A stretch of 64,000 bases of DNA from NCBI GenBank assembly GCA_043745805.1, contig JAYTSD010000004.1:192001-256000 (forward strand). Direction: 5' to 3'. Of this stretch, positions 49,970 to 59,618 are shown piece by piece. Positions within the stretch are counted from its first letter, which is position 1; every line of letters starts with the position of its first letter. The notes beneath the pieces were generated by a model that saw only the letters and a list, made by a program, of their open reading frames with translations, had not been told where the DNA came from and made no database searches. Both the position numbers and the translations under genes were made by a program. Source of the DNA: Fibrobacteria bacterium (GTDB lineage: Bacteria > Fibrobacterota > Fibrobacteria > UBA11236).

Positions 49970-52036
49970 GTGGATCAATCGATCGTCAAACGCATTGCAG
50001 ATAATATTCGCATACTCTCGGCAGCCATGCCTGAGCAAGCTAAAAGTGGCCATCCAGGCGGAGCTATGGGCGGAGCGGATTTCGCAGCCGTTTTATTTAC
50101 CGAGTTTTTGAATTTTGATCCCAAGGATACCACTTGGCTAAATCGCGATCGCTTCTTCCTTGACCCAGGGCATATGTCCCCTATGCTTTATTCCACGCTT
50201 TCCATGTTTGGTTTATACAGCATGGACGAATTGAAAAATTTCCGCCAATGGGATAGTCCTACTCCTGGCCATCCTGAAGTGGATGTAAAACGCGGTGTAG
50301 AAAATACTTCCGGTCCTTTAGGCCAAGGCCATGCAATGGCTTTGGGCGCTGCCATTGCCGAACGCTTTTTGGCGGCTCGTTTTGGCGAATGGATGCAACA
50401 TAAAACTTTTACTTTCATTTCCGATGGTGGCGTGCAAGAAGAAGTTTCTCAAGGTGTTGGCCGTTTAGCAGGTCATTTAGGTTTGCATAATTTGGTCATG
50501 TTTTATGATTCCAATCAAGTACAGCTTTCTAGCGTAACCGGCGTGGTAACTAGCGAAGAAACCGCTAAGAAATATGAAAGCTGGGGCTGGAAAGTACTTA
50601 GCATTGCCGGAAATGATCATGATGCTATTCGCGGCGCATTAAAACAAGCCATTGCCGAAACCGCAAAACCGACTTTGATTATTGGCAATACTACCATGGC
50701 AAAAGGCGCGGTAACCGAAGCCGGTGGCTCTTTTGAAGGCCAAGTAAAAACGCATGGTATGCCTTTATCCAAGGGCGGCGCTTCTTTCAAAAAAACCGTA
50801 GCCAATTTAGGCGGTGACCCTGAAAACCCTTTCCAAATTTTTCCCGATGTAGCGGAATATTTAAAAGGCATTTGTGCTGCCAAAACTGAAGTGGTTAAAG
50901 CAGCCAAACAAAAACAAGCAGAATGGGAAAAACAAAATCCTGAATTAGCGACCAAATGGCAAAGCTTCTTCTCCGGTAAACCTCCTGCTCTTGATTATAG
51001 CGCCATTGCCCAAAAAGCCAATAGCGCTACGCGTGCCGCTTCCAAAGAATGCTTGGCTTATTTCGTAAAGCAAGTGCCGAATATGATTGTCGCTTCCGCG
51101 GATTTATCCGACAGCGATTATACCGATGGCTTTTTACATCATACCCAAGCTTTTAAAAAAGGGGATTTCAGCGGAGCTTTCTTACAAGCCGGTGTAGCTG
51201 AATTAACTATGGCTGCGGCTTGCGCAGGTATGGTTTTGCATGGGGGAGTAATTCCTGCTTGCGGAACATTTTTTGCATTCTCCGATTTTCAAAAACCGGC
51301 TGTGCGCTTAGCGGCCTTAATGGAACTCGGTGTGATTTATATTTGGACACATGATGCTTTCCGCGTAGGTGAAGATGGTCCAACTCATCAACCAATTGAA
51401 CAAGAAGCACAAATTCGTTTGTTGGAAAAATTAAATAACTTGGCCGGTCATCGCAGTATGTTAACTTTGCGTCCAGGTGATGCACATGAAACGACTATTG
51501 CTTGGAAAATGGCTTTGGAAAATCGCCATGCGCCAACAGCTTTAATCCTCACTCGTCAACCGGTAACCGATTTGCCTGCCGCTACTGGTAAACGCTTTGA
51601 AGAAGCCAAGCAAGCTTCGCTTGGAGCCTATACCGTTTTAGAAACTGAAGGTAAACCGGAATTAGTTTTGGTTGCTAATGGTTCGGAAGTTTCTTTATTA
51701 GTGGAAGGCGCGCAAAAGCTTATTACTAAAGGCTTAAAGGTTCGCGTGGTGTCGGCTATTTCTGAAGGACTTTTCAATGAACAAAGCGAAAGCTATAAAG
51801 AAAAGATTTTGCCTTTCGGCATTCCTACTTTAGGCTGGTCTGCTGGTCTTCCAGTGACCTTGCAAGGTTTAGTGGGTCCTTTAGGTAAAGTATATGGTAT
51901 GACCCGCTTCGGTGCTTCGGCTCCTTTTGAAGTACTCGATCAAAAATTCGGTTATACTGCAGACAATGTAGTTGTTCAAGCCGAAAAATATTTAGCTGAA
52001 TACAAAGCCACCGTTGCCAAGATTGCGGCTTTGTAA
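49970..52036 (+). CDS. tkt: Transketolase
   Basis: SGHPGGAMG, NRDRF, TPGHPE, GPLGQG, SDG..QE, GEDGPTHQP, FGASAP. Confidence 0.97.
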   Translation: MDQSIVKRIADNIRILSAAMPEQAKSGHPGGAMGGADFAAVLFTEFLNFDPKDTTWLNRDRFFLDPGHMSPMLYSTLSMFGLYSMDELKNFRQWDSPTPGHPEVDVKRGVENTSGPLGQGHAMALGAAIAERFLAARFGEWMQHKTFTFISDGGVQEEVSQGVGRLAGHLGLHNLVMFYDSNQVQLSSVTGVVTSEETAKKYESWGWKVLSIAGNDHDAIRGALKQAIAETAKPTLIIGNTTMAKGAVTEAGGSFEGQVKTHGMPLSKGGASFKKTVANLGGDPENPFQIFPDVAEYLKGICAAKTEVVKAAKQKQAEWEKQNPELATKWQSFFSGKPPALDYSAIAQKANSATRAASKECLAYFVKQVPNMIVASADLSDSDYTDGFLHHTQAFKKGDFSGAFLQAGVAELTMAAACAGMVLHGGVIPACGTFFAFSDFQKPAVRLAALMELGVIYIWTHDAFRVGEDGPTHQPIEQEAQIRLLEKLNNLAGHRSMLTLRPGDAHETTIAWKMALENRHAPTALILTRQPVTDLPAATGKRFEEAKQASLGAYTVLETEGKPELVLVANGSEVSLLVEGAQKLITKGLKVRVVSAISEGLFNEQSESYKEKILPFGIPTLGWSAGLPVTLQGLVGPLGKVYGMTRFGASAPFEVLDQKFGYTADNVVVQAEKYLAEYKATVAKIAAL

Positions 52037-52082
52037 AAAAATACCGCATGGGTTACTAGTTAAATAACTATTAACCCTATAA

Positions 52083-52121
52083 ATAAAAAAAGGCTGCGAT
52101 TAATCCGCAGCCTTTTTTTAT
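52083..52121. terminator. Bidirectional intrinsic terminator
   Basis: ataaaaaaaggctgcg / cgcagcctttttttat. Confidence 0.88.
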
Positions 52122-52146
52122 GCTCTAAAATACATTGGTCTAGTCG

Positions 52147-54495
52147 CTAAAACTTAAGCCCTATCACATCCACGCGGAAAATCGTAGTCTTCCCCAAATC
52201 ATTGGTAGTAAGCGTTATATTTGCATGACCAGGCTTTGTGCCAACCAAACGTTCACCCAACACTTTCACCGAAGTACTATCATCACTAATAAGCGTAAAA
52301 TGTTTATTAAATGCACTTGTAGGATTCCACGTTAAATTCGGCGCTACTGGCACTGTATCATTTACTAAAATTTTCATATCCGGCGCGGAAACAGATTGTA
52401 CATGCACTCGAACGCGCGCTTTAAAAGCGTTTTGCGCACCACCACCATCCAGCGCTTGAATTACAAAGTATGCGGAATCTTCCTTGAGCCCCGTCAAAGT
52501 AAGTCCATTTTCCCCTACCTTAACTATGCTTGAATCATATGAAACTAGGCGATACGATTTATTCGTTGCGTCTGTCGGCAAGGCTATAACCGTAGGTTTT
52601 CCTGTTTCACCTAAATACACATTGAAAGCATTTGAAAGGGTAAAAGACGTAACTTTCACAATTGGCTTTACCGTAACGGTAAACTTTTTGTAGGTTTTGC
52701 TTCCATCCATAGCAGTCGCTTGTATAGTGGCGGTTCCCACGGATTTAGGCCTTATCTTTTGATTTGTTCCGCCCACCCCCGATATTATCTCCACAAAATT
52801 GGTATCCGCGGTTTCCAGTAAAATACCATTATTGGTTGCTGTTTTCGGACTTACCGTGATCAATGGTAAAGTATCCGAACCCCCTTCAGTTAAAATTAAA
52901 TTTGCCACAGCAATACCTTTGACATGTGCCAAAACGGTAAGGGTGCATTTCGCTCTAATGTTATTGTCTACCAACGAATAAGCCCATACTTCGCCCACAC
53001 CCACCGAATCCGGTTGAGGTCTCAACGTTTTATCATTGATATAAACCGCAGAAAGATTTGAAGATAAGCCATAAGCCTGAGGGGCGCCGATCGGCTTTAC
53101 CGTTACATTAGGTGTCCAAGTTACCCCAGTGTCGCTATAAAGAGTATCGGTTGAAACTATCACAATGGAAGTGGGACTGATGGTTGCTGTTTTAACAGTT
53201 ATCACCATGAAAGCATATTTAGACGTATCAGAAATAGCCGTTACCTTTATAGTATCGACTCCTGCAGCGATAGCAATAACTTTTTTACGATCGGCCGACA
53301 GCGTCACTGCTCTTTTGGTTTTAGTACCTACGGTATCCAAGAAATATTCAGAGCTCGTTAAACTTACAGGATTCCATTGAATTGTTGGAATCGAACTATC
53401 TCCTACAATTAAAGATAATGGATTCACGGTTATGCCGAGTAATGTTGGGGAAACACGTACGTTAAAAGTACTTTTAATCGAAGGCCTATCCGTAGATTGC
53501 ACGGTAACCGTAGCATTACCCTCTGCCAAACCTTTAACGCTTTGCTTATCAGCTGTAATACTTACGATTTGCTGACCCGTTGCATTGGCTATCGACAAAG
53601 TATAGTTCTTATCAATAGCCCCACTGGGCAGCCACAGAAGAGTGGGTTTCAAAATTTCATTGACTTTAATATTCAATTCTGAAGGAATCACTGAGGTCAC
53701 ATGTATGGATGTATCCTTTTTGGAAACCGTTACTTCAAAGATACCTTTGCGCGCATTATTGACCCAAATCTCTACCGAGTCTTTCCCAACCGATAACGGA
53801 TTCAAACCCATTTGATCCGCACTTTTTTTCACAATCGTGGTAGATTTAGGTTTAAGAATATAATCACGTTCCGTGGTATTATCGGGGATAAAGGTAAGTG
53901 ATGGCATAAAAGCCGTAGAATCTTCCAAATAAATCGCGGCATTAGGAGCTTGAATAGTGTCGAGAGGGATAGTCGCTGCGCTCACATAAACCATAAAGCT
54001 ATCCAAAGTATTATGCGTCAAGAAATATATCATGGATTCCCCTACCGCATTGGCTTCCACTTGGGAGGTAATTTTATTGATTTTTACTGCGGGCGAAAAT
54101 GACAATAATAAAGAATAGCTTTTGTCCGAAACTGAATCTGGATAAAAATGAAGATTAGGTGCTTGCACCTCTCCTACTACTAAATACAAGTCGTCAGCAT
54201 GAACAGAATCTAAAGGCACGGTAAGATTATTGCTTTGAGATTTTTTGATAGCCAAAGCCGAGTCTAAACATTTTTGGGGAGTAAGTTTACAATTGGGAAA
54301 ATATTTAGCTACGCTGTCCGCTACACCATCATGATTTTTATCTTCGGTAAAAGTAGTATCCTTGCTACTCAAATAAGGATTTGTAGTATAGTCGCGATTA
54401 CAAGACATTAACCATGTACCCAATAAGCCAACTAATAAAAAAGCACAAGCACCAATCAAGCACTGCTTAAAAAATACCAAGGATTTTATTCTCAT
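52147..54495 (-). CDS. Surface lipoprotein with tandem bacterial Ig-like (Big_2-type) repeats
   Basis: Lipobox LMSC; about eight 85-90 aa repeats (P..A..K.Y.L.S....V.V....G...G.A.I.V). Confidence 0.75.
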   Translation of the reverse strand: MRIKSLVFFKQCLIGACAFLLVGLLGTWLMSCNRDYTTNPYLSSKDTTFTEDKNHDGVADSVAKYFPNCKLTPQKCLDSALAIKKSQSNNLTVPLDSVHADDLYLVVGEVQAPNLHFYPDSVSDKSYSLLLSFSPAVKINKITSQVEANAVGESMIYFLTHNTLDSFMVYVSAATIPLDTIQAPNAAIYLEDSTAFMPSLTFIPDNTTERDYILKPKSTTIVKKSADQMGLNPLSVGKDSVEIWVNNARKGIFEVTVSKKDTSIHVTSVIPSELNIKVNEILKPTLLWLPSGAIDKNYTLSIANATGQQIVSITADKQSVKGLAEGNATVTVQSTDRPSIKSTFNVRVSPTLLGITVNPLSLIVGDSSIPTIQWNPVSLTSSEYFLDTVGTKTKRAVTLSADRKKVIAIAAGVDTIKVTAISDTSKYAFMVITVKTATISPTSIVIVSTDTLYSDTGVTWTPNVTVKPIGAPQAYGLSSNLSAVYINDKTLRPQPDSVGVGEVWAYSLVDNNIRAKCTLTVLAHVKGIAVANLILTEGGSDTLPLITVSPKTATNNGILLETADTNFVEIISGVGGTNQKIRPKSVGTATIQATAMDGSKTYKKFTVTVKPIVKVTSFTLSNAFNVYLGETGKPTVIALPTDATNKSYRLVSYDSSIVKVGENGLTLTGLKEDSAYFVIQALDGGGAQNAFKARVRVHVQSVSAPDMKILVNDTVPVAPNLTWNPTSAFNKHFTLISDDSTSVKVLGERLVGTKPGHANITLTTNDLGKTTIFRVDVIGLKF

Positions 54496-54504
54496 AAAGC
54501 CTTT

Positions 54505-55722
54505 CTAAAAAACCCAGAGTACCGCTGAAAAAGTAAAAGCTACACCACTTAATAAACCCCATCCATTCGCTTTTTTGTCAAAAGCTTGGGATTTCTTTTT
54601 ATGATCCAGCGCTGATTCTGCAGATTGAGCATTTTGATATGATTTGTATTCATCATTTGCATTTTGATTTGCTTGATAGCATAAAAGCCCGCTTGTTACG
54701 CCTAAAGCTATTCCAGCCGCATAAGTCCATTTACTATGTCCTTTAGTAGCCGGAGGCGCAGCATAGGTGTTTTCTCCAGATGAAGCAAATAAGGTGGCAA
54801 AAAATTTATTTTCGAATTGCAAGAGATCCCTAAAATCGGAGCTTTCCTTAGCCGGCCATTCGCGCACTTTTTGTTTGTTCTTAATATCAAACATGGCCAA
54901 TTGTAAGCGATAATTTTCACCCTTGCGCGTGAGTCGGGAATAAGCCAAATGCGCAATATCCATTTTCTGACCCAAATCAAATAAGGCGCTATCTGCTAAT
55001 AAAAAATCTCGTTTGCGAATATTTAATGCTAGTAGTAGCTCTTCTAATTCTTTTTGGCCCATTAAATCATAATTGCGAGAAGCGAAAAGTTGAGTAGTAA
55101 TTCTATCGGTAATGGCCCGTGAATAAGGTGTGGACTGACTTAAATCAATTACACTCATCAAGCCATGTTTTTCAACCTTACCAATTTTGAATTGACTTTT
55201 ATCCAATTCAGAAAGTATTTGGCTGAGTTGTGATTTAACCGCAGCAACTGAATCATCTCCCTTTTTACTACGCATATCCCCTATGCGTGACCAGACAACT
55301 TGAGAGGACGGTACATGGATCAAATTCAGTGTGTATGTGTAAAGCTGATCAAGGCGCGTTAAGGAACTGAAAAGGACAAATTCAGCAGGAAGCATATTAC
55401 CTGTATCAAAAGCACATTGAAATTCATGACAAGGTTTTTGCGCATCTAATTTATATTCTAAAAGTCTTTTTTGTACGGTATCACGAGAGATAACTATCCA
55501 TTTTTTACGCAGAGTTAATTCATCGCGTATAAAGTCACCCCATTCACGCTTCACTTTGAAATCCCCAATATCCACTGGATCGAGAACGATTAAACTGGTT
55601 AATGAATCGGATCCTGATCCTATTTTTTTTTGCGCAGTCAGACTATTTTGCGCAGCTTGTCCATAGATTACTTTTACCAATCCCATTGGAAAAAGAGTGA
55701 TGGCAAAGAAAATGAATGTCAT
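54505..55722 (-). CDS. Exported protein with two CsgG/TolB-N-like alpha/beta domains and a hydrophobic C-terminal hairpin
   Basis: Internal duplication (VISRDTVQKRL..CHEFQCAFDTGNML vs LMGQKELEELL..LFDLGQKM); start uncertain (ATG 55722, ORF open to 55845). Confidence 0.5.
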   Translation of the reverse strand: MTFIFFAITLFPMGLVKVIYGQAAQNSLTAQKKIGSGSDSLTSLIVLDPVDIGDFKVKREWGDFIRDELTLRKKWIVISRDTVQKRLLEYKLDAQKPCHEFQCAFDTGNMLPAEFVLFSSLTRLDQLYTYTLNLIHVPSSQVVWSRIGDMRSKKGDDSVAAVKSQLSQILSELDKSQFKIGKVEKHGLMSVIDLSQSTPYSRAITDRITTQLFASRNYDLMGQKELEELLLALNIRKRDFLLADSALFDLGQKMDIAHLAYSRLTRKGENYRLQLAMFDIKNKQKVREWPAKESSDFRDLLQFENKFFATLFASSGENTYAAPPATKGHSKWTYAAGIALGVTSGLLCYQANQNANDEYKSYQNAQSAESALDHKKKSQAFDKKANGWGLLSGVAFTFSAVLWVF

Positions 55723-55994
55723 ATTGATGAGTTTAATGGTATTTCCTATTCTATACCTATAGTGAAGTCTGAAAAGTATCAAAAAAAACGGGGCTAAACC
55801 TGCCAAAAAGCATATAAACAATGGGAGAATTGGTCCCAGATCCAAAAGGATCTCAAAAACTGAGAGCAGATTATTTCCATTCTCCAGAGAATACCCGTCT
55901 CACCAAGTACTTTTTACCCTTGTTAAAGGGTTGGTCCACCGATATGATCATATGATATCAAACACGGGCAGAACTTTATTAAAAAACCTTCAGG

Positions 55995-57719
55995 ATGGTA
56001 GTGATGCGATGGAGTAAGGTACTCACCTTTATCGCGATAATTACTGGATTTGGCTTTGGTCAAAAATTATGTGATCTAGAGTTTCTAAATTGCCCCAAAG
56101 ACTTTCAGCAAAAAATCCTTAGTCTTTCCTCCGATATTGTCTCAATCGCTCCCAAAATTCCTTTTTGTATTGATCAAGTTGTGTCTCGAATTAATGTGCC
56201 CATGTCCTTGGTGATCATGATTGACAATTCTTCTAGCATGCATGCAGTGGATCTGCAAAACACTCGTTTTTCGGAAACCCGAAAACTGCTCGATAAGCTG
56301 CAACTTGTTTACCCTTCTTTAAAGGTAAGTCTTGTCGTTTTTACCCGTCGGCTGCTTTATGATGATCAATTAAATCCCTATAGCAAAGCTTTGTTTAAAG
56401 ATGGAATACAACATGATGCGTATATCCCTCTCACCGCATTAGATACAACTTTTGCCAATGGAAGAAGAGGAATAGATACTTTAAAATCTTTTTTACAAAT
56501 CGATTCTCTCACCATGACTTTAATTAATGGCCTCAACAATAACAATAAAGCACAGCATCTCGACGCACGCAAAAATACCCAATTCCTTCCCGATAATATT
56601 ATCAATGGCACCGATATTAATTTGGCTTTTGAAGCGGCAAAAGCATCCCTAGCCACTTCCAATGCCACCAAAGAACAACAGGTTTTGCTTTTACTCACGG
56701 ATGACGGTGTACCCAAAGATATGGATACCGAAAGATCACCGCCCATTATCGATATCTATGAATTTCGTAAAGGGAAAGCTACTCCTACAACATTCACTAT
56801 TTCTTTCACTAATGATATTACTGAACGCAATCCGCCAACACCTATTCGTGAGATGACCTTAAACATTCAGAACAACAAATACTCCTTGGCTAATTTTCAA
56901 AGTAAAGCTTGGATTTGTAATAATTTAGCGGGGAAGCTGGAACAACTATTCAGTCAAAGTATGCTTCCTAAATTCAATCCTTTAACCCCTAAATCCATGC
57001 GCTTGAATGGAATAAATACAACACAACTTAGTGGAGAGAGTTTTGATTTTGGCAAAGTCTTTCCATTGCCGGATGACAAAACCAATATTAACATACAAGT
57101 TACCTACACCTTTAGCAAACAAGGTATTTTACAAGAACTGATAGACACCACTATTTTCACTTTAGAAAAAGGTTCCTCAAGTTCTTTACCTAAAGGCTTA
57201 AATAAGATTTGTCGTGATCCCACTTTAATGGGAATACTTTCATTCTCGCCACTCAATAGTATTGCAAAACCCAAAACACAAGCGTCGTCGGTTGTTAATG
57301 AACATTGGACACTCCTTAACCCCAATGTGCTGGAGATACAAACACTAGGAAAAGGAAAATGTTGCAATACCCGAACACAACCATTTACTGCTGAGGATTC
57401 CCTCGAATATGTTGGCCTTAATCTGGAGATGTCGAGAGAATTTTCTTTAGAGATAAAGGTATATGATCATTTAGGATTATTTGTGGACAAAGTTCATTTA
57501 AAAGTTCCACGCAGCGAATTTTTAAAATTGCCTGTCGGCCATACTCTCGGGTCCAAAGCCTTTCGCCTATTATGGAATAACCGCGCGGAGAACGGTAACC
57601 TAGCAGGTACGGGAGTTTATATTTTCAAAGTGCAAATATATTTAGAGCCCTTAGCAGGAGCCGTTCCGGCTAGCTTGGATTTTGTTTATCGCTGGGGAGT
57701 GATACGTTCAAAAAATTAG
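55995..57719 (+). CDS. Secreted vWA-domain protein with Fibrobacter-type C-terminal domain
   Basis: Signal peptide, MIDNSSSM MIDAS, GTDINLAF, LLLTDDG; C-terminal VYDHLGLFV...WNNRAENGNLAGTGVYIFK. Confidence 0.75.
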   Translation: MVVMRWSKVLTFIAIITGFGFGQKLCDLEFLNCPKDFQQKILSLSSDIVSIAPKIPFCIDQVVSRINVPMSLVIMIDNSSSMHAVDLQNTRFSETRKLLDKLQLVYPSLKVSLVVFTRRLLYDDQLNPYSKALFKDGIQHDAYIPLTALDTTFANGRRGIDTLKSFLQIDSLTMTLINGLNNNNKAQHLDARKNTQFLPDNIINGTDINLAFEAAKASLATSNATKEQQVLLLLTDDGVPKDMDTERSPPIIDIYEFRKGKATPTTFTISFTNDITERNPPTPIREMTLNIQNNKYSLANFQSKAWICNNLAGKLEQLFSQSMLPKFNPLTPKSMRLNGINTTQLSGESFDFGKVFPLPDDKTNINIQVTYTFSKQGILQELIDTTIFTLEKGSSSSLPKGLNKICRDPTLMGILSFSPLNSIAKPKTQASSVVNEHWTLLNPNVLEIQTLGKGKCCNTRTQPFTAEDSLEYVGLNLEMSREFSLEIKVYDHLGLFVDKVHLKVPRSEFLKLPVGHTLGSKAFRLLWNNRAENGNLAGTGVYIFKVQIYLEPLAGAVPASLDFVYRWGVIRSKN

Positions 57720-57724
57720 GCGTT

Positions 57725-57845
57725 AAAAAAATCGCCGCCACCTAGGGGGAACCAGATAGCGACGATTAGGATTCTCGTTGGGGGAACGAGAAATTGAGAT
57801 TATTTTCAGTTATCGATATATTGCATTGTGCTTGCATAGCCATAT
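57725..57845 (-). ncRNA. Candidate small RNA with two C-rich-loop hairpins, the second a terminator (5' end approximate)
   Basis: Minus strand: UUCUCGUU-CCCCC-AACGAGAA, then a 14-bp stem with three G-U pairs, loop GGUUCCCCCU and a U-tract. Confidence 0.55.
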
Positions 57846-58005
57846 TTTCTTTTTCGACCTTCTAATTACCCCTAAATCTGCTCTTAATTTAAATCATAAC
57901 TCCTAATATAAATCACAAATAGCTCTCTTTTTGTAATAAATAGCTCATAAATTGCTCTCATGTTTTTTATGGGTTTAGGTTATATTATAGAGCAAAGAGG
58001 CAAAT

Positions 58006-58866
58006 GTGGAATCGCAGTCAAACTTAAATATTTTTGAATTTTTTGAGTATCGCTCTTATTTAAACGAATATTACCGTTATAAAAAATCATTGAATCGACA
58101 TTTTTCCCATCGACAATTTGCACTCAAGGCGGGAATTAAATCCAGCGGCTATTTTAGTGAAGTACTCAATGGACAAAGAAAACTTTCTAAAGCACAGATT
58201 CCCAAATTTGCCCAGGCCTTGAATTTAACTGAAAAGGAAAAAACTTTCTTTGAGCTAATGGTCGATTTTTGTCATGCTAAATCTCCTTTGGCGAAGCAAA
58301 AAATTTATAGCCTTATGTTAAAAATATTGCCTTTACAAGTTCAACAAGTAAGGCTATCGCAACAAGAGTATTTTTCCAAATGGTATTATGTTGCGATACG
58401 CGAATCGCTGTCTATTGCTAAGATAAAAGGCGATGGCGAAGAATTAGCCGCCTTACTCGACCCACCCATTACCGTGGTGCAAGCACGCAATGCCATCAAA
58501 TTATTAGAACGTTTAAAACTTATTGTACGTGACAAAAATGGTTACTGGCAAGTTAATCATAGCTCCTTATTGTCTTCCGATGATCCTGCCGCAGCCATGC
58601 AATTGCGTGCTTTTCAGGCAGAAATGATGTTGCGAGCCCAAGAGGCATTAGAGCGCGTTCCCCAGCCCCTGCGCGATATTTCCTGTGTAACGATGAGCGT
58701 ATCGGATGAAGGCTGGCAAAGAATAAAAACATTATCGTCAGAGTTTCACAAACAAATTTTGCAAGTGGTACAATCGGATAAACATGAAGATCGCATTATT
58801 CAACTTAACTTGCAATTATTCCCCTTAACACGCATCGAGGACAAAAATGCAAATGATAAAATTTAA
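58006..58866 (+). CDS. TIGR02147 family protein (N-terminal HTH + DUF4423)
   Basis: IFEFFEYRSYL, FSHRQFA, SSGYF..GQRKLS, YFSKWYYVAIRE, RDISCVT, QLNLQLFPL. Confidence 0.9.
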   Translation: MESQSNLNIFEFFEYRSYLNEYYRYKKSLNRHFSHRQFALKAGIKSSGYFSEVLNGQRKLSKAQIPKFAQALNLTEKEKTFFELMVDFCHAKSPLAKQKIYSLMLKILPLQVQQVRLSQQEYFSKWYYVAIRESLSIAKIKGDGEELAALLDPPITVVQARNAIKLLERLKLIVRDKNGYWQVNHSSLLSSDDPAAAMQLRAFQAEMMLRAQEALERVPQPLRDISCVTMSVSDEGWQRIKTLSSEFHKQILQVVQSDKHEDRIIQLNLQLFPLTRIEDKNANDKI

Positions 58867-59554
58867 TTTTCGACTCTTTTTACTGTGTTTACTTGTAAGT
58901 TTTTTGCTTATTAATTGTATCACAGACAATCGAACGGCAGGAACATCCACCACGGTAACCAATCCTCCTACCGTAACCGGAATGGTTATTTTAGCGGAAG
59001 GTAAACCCGCAGCCCATGCAGAAATTGCTCTACGCACTAGGCAGGTGATATTTTCGGATCAAGGCATTCCCGCTTCCAAACTCATCGCATCCACTATTAC
59101 CGATGATTCGGGAAAGTTTACGTTTCCGTCTATAGCCGATCATGATATTTATATGGAAATCAAACAAAACCCTACGGCCCTACCTATTGCGAGCAAAGAC
59201 TCCCTACAAGTTTTTCTTCGCGGCTGGATTGATGGCTTACCCCTTAAAGGACAACTGGGAACATTTCGCTTAGCCAATCCCGGAACCATGGCGGGACAAT
59301 TCCTGCCCGATTCTTTATTTTCCGACTCTGCACGTTGGGTAGGTATAAGAGGAACCGCAAACTTCGCCGCAATGAAAAATAATCGCTTTAAGCTTAGAGG
59401 CATTTGCCCAGGTATTCCAAATATCACCTTGGTAAAGCCACGCGATCCCACAGATACGTCACATATAGCGCGCATCACAGGTTATGTCGTAACCGATTCC
59501 GTGCAAGCCGGTAAAGATATTGATTTTGGGACGGTAACTATAATTGGGGATTGA
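58847..59554 (+). CDS. Lipoprotein with carboxypeptidase-regulatory-like domain
   Basis: Lipobox-like LLINC, AGTSTTVTN..VTG, TITDDSGKFTF; overlaps the TIGR02147 stop. Confidence 0.7.
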   Translation: MQMIKFNFRLFLLCLLVSFLLINCITDNRTAGTSTTVTNPPTVTGMVILAEGKPAAHAEIALRTRQVIFSDQGIPASKLIASTITDDSGKFTFPSIADHDIYMEIKQNPTALPIASKDSLQVFLRGWIDGLPLKGQLGTFRLANPGTMAGQFLPDSLFSDSARWVGIRGTANFAAMKNNRFKLRGICPGIPNITLVKPRDPTDTSHIARITGYVVTDSVQAGKDIDFGTVTIIGD

Positions 59555-59578
59555 GTAACTTTGAGGTTACTCATTTTT
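59552..59578 (+). terminator. Intrinsic terminator
   Basis: tgagtaac-tttgag-gttactca followed by ttttt. Confidence 0.65.
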
Positions 59579-59618
59579 ATAACTTTATTTCCGAATCAAA
59601 AGTGAAAAGATAAAACGA

